A stretch of 63,930 nucleotides of DNA, filler included, from Octopus bimaculoides (taxonomy: Eukaryota), in the NCBI RefSeq assembly GCF_001194135.2. It is 6 parts of 6 records of this genome, joined end to end, with 100 filler letters (N's around TTAATTAATTAA, not from the genome) between each part and the next. Parts side by side here need not be neighbours in the genome. Positions count along the whole stretch, not along the records: positions 52,769 to 62,117 come from NC_068992.1; positions 62,218 to 63,930 come from NW_026340598.1; 4 more parts are not named here. One strand, written 5' to 3'. A program made the position numbers and the translations under genes. How positions within the stretch are numbered: the stretch's first letter is position 1; every line of letters begins with the position of its first letter. Below are positions 53,469 through 63,930 of the stretch, one piece after another. A model generated the notes under the pieces. That model did not search any database and had not been told where the DNA came from. It was given only the letters and a program-made list of their open reading frames with translations.

Positions 53469-54725
53469 ANNNNNNNNNNNNNNNNNNNNNNNNNNNNNNN
53501 NNNNNNNNNNNNNNNNNNNNNNNNNNNNNNNNNNNNNNNNNNNNNNNNNNNNNNNNNNNNNNNNNNNNNNNNNNNNNNNNNNNNNNNNNNNNNNNNNNNN
53601 NNNNNNNNNNNNNNNNNNNNNNNNNNNNNNNNNNNNNNNNNNNNNNNNNNNNNNNNNNNNNNNNNNNNNNNNNNNNNNNNNNNNNNNNNNNNNNNNNNNN
53701 NNNNNNNNNNNNNNNNNNNNNNNNNNNNNNNNNNNNNNNNNNNNNNNNNNNNNNNNNNNNNNNNNNNNNNNNNNNNNNNNNNNNNNNNNNNNNNNNNNNN
53801 NNNNNNNNNNNNNNNNNNNNNNNNNNNNNNNNNNNNNNNNNNNNNNNNNNNNNNNNNNNNNNNNNNNNNNNNNNNNNNNNNNNNNNNNNNNNNNNNNNNN
53901 NNNNNNNNNNNNNNNNNNNNNNTATATATATATATATATATATGCTACATTTTCTTCTCTTACTAGTTTTCCTTTATATTCCCCACCCATTTTTTTCTTT
54001 CTCTATCTCTCTTTCCACCCTCTTATTTTCTTTATCTCTGTCTCGCTATCAATCTATCAGTCCGAGTGTCTATCTTCATTTTGATTTAAACAAACACGGC
54101 AGACAGATTCTGAATTCCAAACGTCAAAATAACAATATTTATAGCCAAAGATCAAAGAATTAGAAATAATTTTTAAAGAGCTATTGAATTTCTCTGAATC
54201 TCTCTTAATTGAAGTAACACAAAGTAAGAGGGAGCGAGCGAGAGAGAGAGAGGCGGGGGAGACAGAGAAAGAGAAAAGCAGAATCAAAACCGCGATATAT
54301 CTTCATTAAATATTTATATGTGAACTGTGATTAACTGTGCTTCATCAGTATATCATTTAGTCGTAATCTTAGAGGTTAATTTATCAAACTGTACTTAAAA
54401 TATTTCCTGTCATTTTGAAAAGAGAAAAGAAAAAAATAGCATTAGCAGCAATCGTGAAGTTGGAAGGCAACAGAACAGATTGAACTCGGATCGCAAACAC
54501 GACTTTTATTTGTCAGTCACCGGACTGCGACCATGCTGAGATAGCGCCTTGAATAGTTTAGCCGAACAAATCGATCCCAGCATTATTTTTTTTAAGTCTG
54601 GTATTTTTTATTGGTCTCTTATGGCGAACCCTCAAGATTACGAGGACGTAAGCAAACCAACACCGGTTGTCAAGTGGTGGTGTGGAACAATTGACACTAA
54701 TTCAAAGACATACACATAGATGCAC

Positions 54726-54809
<84 letters not shown>

Positions 54810-55334
54810 AAAAAAGTTTTCTCAAATAAAAGGTTAATAATCTTGTTGAAAATCTTTTTAAAAAAATGCAAATGAACACAGACCTGATGGCAGGAAGTTT
54901 ATGTTTAAGCGCCTTTCACCGTTTCAGCTCTTCAAACACACGTATGAGGAACATACACACGTACAAACATATCATCGTCATCCTCCTCATCATCATCATC
55001 ATCATCATAGCCCATATGCATTTAACATTGATTACTAAAACACTTAATGTGCAGTTTGAAATGAGGCGTACATTTTACATCAGTCCTTCGTCTATCACCA
55101 ACTTTGCACCAGCCTACGTGTTAAACATGTTATTACAATAATGAATCTCTCGCATGGGTACAAGACCACACCAAACATCGGTAAAGAATGTAATTGATTA
55201 CATCAACTTGACCAGTACTTCGCTAGTACGGAAGTAAAAAGAAAAGAGAAATTTGAGAGATAATATGTCGAAGCAGGAATCAGAGGTTAATGGTCTGTGT
55301 GTGTGCGGGCGTGTGTGGAATAGAAATACTTATA

Positions 55335-58300
55335 TTCTTTTCTACTCTGGGAACAAGGTCCGAAATTTGGGGGTGAGGGAGGCTGTCGATTAGATCGGCC
55401 TCCCAGCACGCAAGCGGTACTTAATTTATCCTCCCCGAAAAGAATGAAAGGCAAAGTTGGCCTCGGCAGAATTTGAACTCAGAACGTAAAGATGGACAAA
55501 ATACTGCTAAGCGTTTCGTCCGGCGTGCTAACGTTTCTGCCAGCTCGCTGCCTTAATAAAAATGCTTCTATTGGCAATCATATGCCCACCGTTTTAACAT
55601 TGGTACAAGACCATAAATTTGGAGATATGAATAGTTGCAAATTACTCAGTTGTATATAATTTGTATTTATTTTAACGGTACTAGAATCAGAAAGGTCAAG
55701 TGTGACACCTCACCTTGGCGTAGATAAATACCACTAATTCTGACAAAAGGATATAAACAATTAAATCTATTATAGTATTTCATAGATGCTTATTCTATCG
55801 ATTTGGAGGAAGGGGTGAAAGCAAAGTCGACCCTAAGAAGCATTGGACCTTAAAACATAAAAAAAGTTTACCGTGTGTAAGTCGTATTATTTTATACTTG
55901 ACTTGAAAAAAATTGTGGTGCGACTTAAAGACGAAGCAAGTTTAAATATGAAGGTAGGGAGGATGTGTACCAAGATTTAACAGTAAATTTAGGGTGCGAT
56001 TTATACACAAATGCGAGTTATACACGAGTAAATGCGATAACTAAATACCACAAACCGTTTTATCCTACCCGCTTTTGTTTCTTTCATCCTCTGCAATCAT
56101 CTTTATGATAATATATTTATAACAGAAACACAATGCAACAAATCTGGAGAGAGGAGGGGCGAGTATAACCAATTTCATTATTTCATTAAAAAATATATCA
56201 ATCGGCAGAGAAGAGCGGGGAAGGTGTGCAATTGATGGAATCGATCCAAGTATATATACATCGGTAAATGGCTGCAAACTGAGCGATTTATAAGTACCAG
56301 TAATATACTGAGGCTCAATTCTGTTGATTATATCCTATTCCTTGTAGAACTTAGATTCTATATATTTGTTTCAAATTTTTGAACAAGGCGTGATAGGTCG
56401 GGAAAGGTGGTAAGTAGATTATATCGACCCCAACATTATTATATTGGGTATTATTTTATCATCCACGAAAGAACTAGAAGCAAAGTGGGCCACAGCATAA
56501 TTTGAAATCAGAGCGTAAAGGCGGACGAAATAGCGCTAATCATTTTGCCTGGCATGCTAACGATTCTGCCAGCAAGACGCCTTTTAAATTCTAAATATTT
56601 AAAGGGATAATTATTATATTAATTTCAGTAAACGGCGAGCTGGCTGAATCGATTAGTTCGCTGATCTACATAATAAGCACCATGTTTTCCAGCTCTATGC
56701 GCTCAGAGTTCAAATACCACTGAGGTCATGTTTGTCCTTCCTTTTTTCAGGTTAGATAAAATATTAGCACCAGTTAAGTACCAGGTTTGATGTAATCGAC
56801 TGGGCCTTGTGTTTAAAGTAGAAAGAATTATGTCGGTCCCAGCAGGCAGCGAACAAGCATTGCATTCATTTTTCAGGGGTCGATAAAATAAAGTAATATT
56901 CATACATAGGAGTCAATGGTATCAATTAACCTCCCCCACAAAAGAAATATTACGGCATTGATCCTAAATTCCTTTCTACTATAGGCGCAAGGTCTGAAAT
57001 TATGTAGGAAGATCCTTCCTACAAAAGGATTACATCGACTCTTGTGCTCAAATGGTATTTATTTTATCGATACCGAAAGGATAAAATTCAAAGTCGATTT
57101 CGGCCGAATTTGATCTCAAAACGTAAGGTACCAAAATAAATGCTGCCATACGTTTTGTCTGATGCGGTAACGATCCAGCCAACTGGCTACCTTTGGCTTC
57201 GCTATAATATTGCTTTCAAATTTTGACACAAAGCCAACAAGTTCGGGTGAGAGGTTAGTCGATTACATCGACCCAGTACGCAACTGGTACTTAATTTATC
57301 GACTCCGAAAGGATGAAAGGCAAAGTCGACCCAGGGTGGAATTTGAACCCTGAACGTAAAGAGCCGGAAGAAATACTGCTAAGCATTTTGTTCGGCGCGG
57401 TAACAATTCTGCCAGCTCGCGATCTTTGGTTTCGCGATAATATTGATTTCATATTTTGGCACAAGGCCAGCAACTTTAGAAGTAAGGGCTCAGTCGAATA
57501 CGTCGTTTCCAGCACTTGACTGGTACTTCATTTTATCGACCCCGAAAGGGATGAGAGGCAATGTCGAACCTCGGTGGGATTTGAACTCAGAACGTAAAGA
57601 GCCGGAAGAAAAGGCTGCTAATCATTATGTCTAATGCGATAATGACTCTGCCAAATTACCAATATTGGAAACTGATGTATTAATCTTCTTTTTTTTCCAC
57701 CCGAAAGAAAAAAGAAATAATAATTTGACAAATAACTTTGTTTTGTCATTATCATCAGAATATCAATAGTAAAGGCTTTTAGTATCGTGTTGCCAAAGAC
57801 TGGATTCTCAGTTACTTTTACCTTCTTTTTTTTTTTTTTTCTAGAGCCATATTCTGAAGAATATGATGAAGACATTGCGTGTAAGAGTGATCAACGACCG
57901 ACAACATAACTTACAATAATGTTTATCACAGTAAGGCGGCGAGCTGGAAGAGTTGTTAGCACGCCGTGCAAAATGCTTAGCGGCGTTTCGTCCGGCTTTG
58001 CGATCTCCGTTCTAATTCTGCCCAGGTCGACTTTGTCNNNNNNNNNNTTATAATGTTGAAACCAATGTTGTTCATCACAGTGGCAAGTGATTTAACAACA
58101 CAAGCGACACAATTTCAAAATGGTAAGACCTTCTTTCGATATTCAGTTGAAGCCATTACACGTCAAATGTATTGCTATAGCACACGCGGATAAGTCTTAA
58201 CGCCACAGAATCCCATATCTTCATTTTTTTTTTTACTATAAACCTAAAACTAAGTGCATATCTAAAATAACTAAATCGATATTGTCTGCCTCAAATAATC

Positions 58301-59935
58301 AGATAAAACCTTATTCAAATTATTCACTTATTGTTTGTTATGTTTGTTAACTCCATTTTTACCCATCCAGTCTCGCATTCGTTTCACTTTTACTATTATT
58401 GTTTTTGTTTTGTTTTTTTCTTTTTGTATTTTTTTTCTTTTTACTTCTAATGCAAGGAAAAACAAAAGAACAATCTCTTTCTCTCCCGGGTTGAATTTCT
58501 TTTTTAACTTTGTTGTTTTCGCTTTTGAGATTTTTAAGGGTTTTCTTTCTTTTTTTCTTTTTATTTTTGTTGTTACCTTTTTCTTTGACAATATTTCAAA
58601 ATAGCAATATAAATGATTTTATTTATTTCTTTTTGTTAGTTGCTGATAAAAGAATTTTTAATGATCTTTTGAGGCTTTTTTAGTTCAAAGACTTCGATGA
58701 GGTTGAGGCCATCAATAGAGATAGTTTGTAACAAAAACCACACGATGTAATTACGTCCATAAAACATGGGGAAGGGAGAAAGAGATGGGAGGGAGAGTGA
58801 AAAGAAATTTTGGTAACGGAATTAGTCGAAGTATCATAGCCTGGTAGCCATGCACGTGATCTACGTGAAAATGAAGAGCAAAACTAGAGAAGTAGGTAGG
58901 AGTGAAGAGTTCACGAAAACTGTTCGAGTCAAATATTCAAATACCCTACCGTTAAGGAAGACTTAAGAGTGATTATTGGTAAACAAGGAGCTTATTGGGG
59001 CAAAATGTCTCGCTGTACTTGCTTAGAAGAAGTTATGTTCAAACTTCAGATCCTGTCTGCCAAGTCCTTGGGTCGATTTAAATAGACTGTCCCTTTTTTG
59101 CCGCCGCACCACGCGACCATCAAATACGTGGCCATTTGGCAGTGTCAGAATTCGTTTTGAAATCGTCGTTCGGATCAGAAAAAGAACGGAATCAGTACAG
59201 ATCCGGTGCTGAATTTCTCGTGTGGTATTTACTTACGTCCCTCACAAGTTAACTTTTCCTTTCATTATTCCAGGAGTAACAAAATAAGCACTAGTGAGGC
59301 AAAAGGCCTATAAAGTTGACTGCCTGTGTGACTATGTTAGAAATCACAACGAAATAGTTCGCCAGAAAAGTAACATTAATTTCAAGTCGAAAGGCGGCGA
59401 ACTGGCAGGAACGTTAGCACGCCGGGCGAAATGCTTAGCGGTATTTCGTCTGTCTTTACGTTCTGAGTTCAAATTCCGCCGAGATTGACTTTGCCCTTCA
59501 TCCTTTCGGGGTCTATAAATTAAGTACCAGTTGCGTACTGGGGTTGATCTAATCGACTAATTCCCTACCACTAAAATTACTGGCCTTGTTCCAAGAATCA
59601 AAAGCTAACATCCAAGTATGTCATATTTACCTTCTGTTGAATAAATACTTACCTACTGTGGGTAGATTTACCTCCTGATCAAGAATCACTGGTCTGCTAA
59701 GAACCTGTAGATAATGGTGGAAAAGATAAGACCAAAACGAATCCAAAAACCAAGTCTTCAATCATATTTCGATATTTTTGGCATTAATTATTGTTTCTGA
59801 CATAAACACAACAGCAGAAACTTGAGGGAGAGTTACTTCGATTACATTCTACAACCCCCATCCCGTGCTTGAGTTTATCGATCCCGAAGGGATCAAAATC
59901 AAAGTTCACCGCGGCAGGATTTGAACTCAAAACCT
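55335..59935. mobile_element. Cluster of about 10 SINE-B copies or fragments
   Basis: Approximate copies: 55335-55555(-), 56380-56585(-), 56630-56780(+), 56970-57190(-), 57220-57420(-), 57455-57655(-), 57930-58037(+), 59393-59600(+), 59780-59935(-). Confidence 0.7.
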
Positions 59936-60089
59936 AACGACTCATAATAATAGTCGATGTCAAATATTCACAATTTCTGAAAATTCTAAATGAATTCTTA
60001 CATTAGAGACATAGCAAAATAATAATTCTTGGTCGTAATATATTGATTTTTATGTACAAATGTGTATGTATATTTGCATTTCTGCATCA

Positions 60090-60460
60090 TTTACTTTAGA
60101 CTTATTTCAATCATTGGACTGCGACCATGCTAGGGCACTGACTTGAAGGGTTTTGTCGAACAAATCGACAGCAATAAGTCTGGTGCTTATCCTATCACTG
60201 TCTTTTAGCCGAACCGCCAAGATATGAGAACGTAAACCAACCCTGGTTGCCCAGCGGCTGTTGGACACACACACAGACACGTATATATATATATATATAC
60301 GAACACACGTGATCTTCTTTCAGTTTCCGTCTACCAAGTTCACCTACAAAGCTTCGCTCGATCCGGAGCTCTAATACAAGAAGAGGCTATAAGGTGCCGC
60401 ACAGTGGAATCTAACCCGGAAATATGTGGATGAGAAGCAAATTTCTTATCACACAACCAG
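60090..60460 (-). mobile_element. SINE family A, diverged full length
   Basis: Homologous to 24783-25160. Confidence 0.7.
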
Positions 60461-61130
60461 CAATTTAGATTAAATATTATAAACTATGATAATAATCTCT
60501 AAGAAATACTCGAAGAATAATTGTATTTGGATCGTAGATAATGAACAGATGCGTGGTAAGATGATATTAAAATTAGGCTTAATGTCATTTGTATGAAACA
60601 TAAAAAATTAATATACGAAAGAATATTAAAAATATATGTAGCTTGTTATCATAACTAGATTTCTGTCGAGTTAAATAAACACCCTGTAGTAGAAGTAGTA
60701 GAAATGACAACAGTAATAATATATATAAATATGCATGTATGTATGTATGTATTATGTATCTCATCTCTCCCCTCTCACACTTACTTCCTCCCACCCACCT
60801 CCCCTCTCTTGCTCCGACTCCTACTTATTCCCTTCACTCCTACTCTCCTTCAATCTTCTCTTCACTCCTACCCACATTCTCCCTTCCCCCCCTCTCCATT
60901 CATCGTCACCCCACCCTCGTAACGCCACCCTCGTAACCCCACCTCGCACACAATCCAACACTACCTTCCCTATCCATCCCATCCCACCCCCAACCTATCC
61001 CACCACTACTATATTATTATCTCCCCTTCTTCCTAGCTCTCCTGTGTGACCCCTCTATCCAGTATTCGCCATGATAGAGCGCTAGCCACTGCACATTCTT
61101 TATTTTCTTTCCTTGATTCTTTCTGTGTCC

Positions 61131-61166
61131 CTTTCTATGGAAGAGCGTAGGCTCGAAACGTTAAAG
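61131..61166 (+). ncRNA. Degenerate minimal hammerhead-like motif, family B
   Basis: CUUU-CUAUGGA-A-GAGC-GUAG-GCUC-GAAACGU-U|AAAG. Confidence 0.4.
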
Positions 61167-61828
61167 ACTTTTTCACTTCCTGAGCGTTAAACTAATACAT
61201 CTCTTTGTTGTCTACACCGCCTGTCTTCGTCTTTTGTATTTTTTTTGTGAATTCTCCCTGTATGTGTGTGTGTGTGTGTGTGTGTTTGTGTGTGTATATA
61301 TATGTATATATTAATAGACATATATGTATATAGGTATAGCAAATTATGAGTTAGAGGTTATGCAACCATCTAAGGGATAAATGTATCCGTAGACACTACT
61401 GGTGTATTACCTCACTACGCAAAGTCCTAGATATAAGGCATACAGTAGTTGGTATATCTCCTTCGATTAACACCGCCAGTCAACTAGTCATTTTCTCCAC
61501 TTACTGCTCCATTCATCTAATTGAAGAAACATACGGACACGGGAAACCCAAAAGTTACTAAAATGTAAGCCTAAATACTTAACGAAATTTTTCCTTTTCT
61601 TTTTCCTTTTCCTTTCTCTTTTCCTTTCTTTTCCCTATTCTCCTATTTATGTTCCTTTAAACCATTCTGACGATGTTTGTTAAATGGAACGAGATAACAT
61701 GCGAATTTTCCTCGATTTGATAAACAGAAACAGCTTTAAATTGTTCCGAGCTACAATTAAACAATTACTTTTTAATAACAATGATCAACTTCTCATTGTT
61801 AATTATTGCTCCATTCTTTTCTTTTCTG

Positions 61829-61834
<6 letters not shown>

Positions 61835-61883
<49 letters not shown>

Positions 61884-62117
61884 ATATATATGTATGTATG
61901 TATGTATGTATATATATGTATGTATGTATGTATATATATATGTATGTATGTATGTATATATATGTATGTATGTATGTATATATATGTGTATATATGTATA
62001 TATATGTGTATATATGTATATATATGTGTATATATATATATATGTATGTATGTATATATATATATATGTGTATATATATATATTTGTATGTATGTATGTA
62101 TATATATATATACGTGT
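61835..62117. repeat. (GT)n/(TATG)n/(TA)n compound microsatellite
   Basis: Direct inspection; similar tracts at 2440-2625, 3470-3760, 54733-54806 and 63255-63360. Confidence 0.95.
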
Positions 62118-62589
62118 NNNNNNNNNNNNNNNNNNNNNNNNNNNNNNNNNNNNNNNNNNNNTTAATTAATTAANNNNNNNNNNNNNNNNNNNNNNNNNNN
62201 NNNNNNNNNNNNNNNNNTTGCTTTGAGGGGAAGGTAAAACTTGACAAACTGCTTCTCCCTCTGTTGTCGGACTATCGTGACGTTTGTTTAAAAAAGAGAG
62301 ATTATGACTGATAAAATAATGAAAGCAATATCTACTAAGCAAGTGAGCACTATTATACAAAGAAATAACTGGACGTAAAATATAAAAATTATTAGAATTG
62401 GGAATCAAATGTGAAAAAATATCAAGGGGCAGCAGAAAACCACCCGGAGGGCGGTCTTTCTGCTAGTTTAATATGAGTCCTTTTTCTTTAATCCTTTCTT
62501 TATACTTGTACATTATATAATCCTTAAGCTTAACATTTCAGAGTGTTTGGGTGTCAACCTGCGGACATTGCAATCTGAGGACATGTACC

Positions 62590-63201
62590 ACAAGTGATAA
62601 AAATTAATATCATGGTGTTTGGAGTGATCACTAGTGATGGCTCCATTATGCCTCCATTCATCTTCTCACACGGCTTCAGACTCAACACAGAGGACTACAT
62701 CAAGTGCCTGAATGAGGTAGTGCTGCCCTGGGTCAAGAGGGTGGCTGCTGGAAGACCCTATGTCTGGCAACAGGACTCTGCACCATGCCACACGAGCAGG
62801 AGAACCCAGTCATGGCTGTCAGACAATTTCTGCGACCACATCACCCCTAGCATCTGGTCACCTAACTCCTCAGACTGCAACTCCTTTGATTATTATGTGT
62901 AGGGCACAGTTGAGCGAGAGAAACCAACAAAACTCCTTGCAACACCAAAGATGAACTGAAGGCAAGGATTATGGCAGCATTCATCAACTTAAACAAGGAG
63001 ACCGTCCAGAAGAGTTGCAGGAGATTCCAAAGTCGTCTGGAGGCCATGGTTGAAGCCAATGGCGATTTTATTGAATAAATTTACTCTTTAGCTTTTCAAG
63101 ATATCTCTATGTAATTTTGGTAAATATATCTGCAAAAATGAGATGTCAGTGTTATTTTCACTTTTGCGTAATTCAGACGACAATATATTCACCGCACACT
63201 G
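62590..63201 (+). mobile_element. maT (DD37D) transposase 3' remnant with right TIR
   Basis: MVFGVITSDG...WQQDSAPCHTS...WSPNSSDCNSFDYYV*: 37 residues between the last two Asp; ends CGCACACTG|TA. Confidence 0.85.
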
Positions 63202-63244
63202 TATATATAAATACACACATACACACACACACACAAACATATAC

Positions 63245-63339
<95 letters not shown>

Positions 63340-63930
63340 AGACACACACACACACACACAAATAAGCAAAACAAAATTGAAAAAATAATACCCGAATACC
63401 AAAGGTGTTATTTATTAAAGCCGAAAAATCTATTCACAGACTGTTACTCGAACAGTTGCGATGATACTGAAAAAAAATTGTGTAGGTACATATAATATAA
63501 TATAATATAATATAATATGATATAATGTAATACAATGTAGTCATTAACAGTTCAACGAATAAGCAACTGAATTTGATTGGGTGATTGATTTCAAAATAGT
63601 AATGATGTGGGCCGCCGGAGGGAGCTAGCCTTAACGGTGGAATAAACAATGATTAATAATTAAATCGAAAAAAAAACTTTGAGTAAAAGCAAGCAAAACT
63701 GAACAGAAATAGGAACTGCAAATAATTAAAAGGAATAATAAGATTGCAGAGTTCGGTATTTAAAAATTGAAATTATGATAAAAGATTGAAATAAAAGTTA
63801 GAGATGAGAAATTAAAATAAGTAAATAAGTGTCCCAAAAATATATAACGCCACAAATAAAGAAAAAGAAAGTGGAAGATAGGCGTAGGAGTGGCTTTGTG
63901 GTAAGTAGCTTGTTTATGAACCATATGGTT

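Noticed and set aside
59090-59280. CpG-rich patch with opposing splice-like sites
   Set aside because: No exon model could be built on either strand.

Overview
AT-rich, microsatellite-dense eukaryotic draft sequence with many N-gaps. The repeat content and the effector-less tandem C2H2 gene suggest a coleoid cephalopod, probably Octopus (inference). Five artificial 100-bp linkers (44 N, TTAATTAATTAA, 44 N) split the window into six pieces whose adjacency is uncertain. Two protein-coding genes are supported, lying tail-to-tail on the same piece. The first is a 9-coding-exon UDP-glucose 4-epimerase (GALE, + strand, 21168-27582), whose exon 2 is mostly hidden in a gap. The second is a single-exon 15-finger C2H2 zinc-finger gene (- strand, 31463-32866). 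The rest is tRNA-derived SINEs, LINE remnants (RTE, L1/Tx1, R4/Dong-like), Tc1/mariner/maT remnants, hAT and piggyBac-type MITEs, Helentron-like HINEs and foldback palindromes. The most interesting signal is a set of minimal hammerhead-ribozyme-like motifs in short repeats. One is a tRNA-headed element with two tandem hammerhead motifs antisense in GALE intron 4. A second family occurs three times. No CRISPR, rRNA or intact tRNA genes were found. Repeat boundaries are read by eye and approximate unless TSDs or TIRs are quoted.
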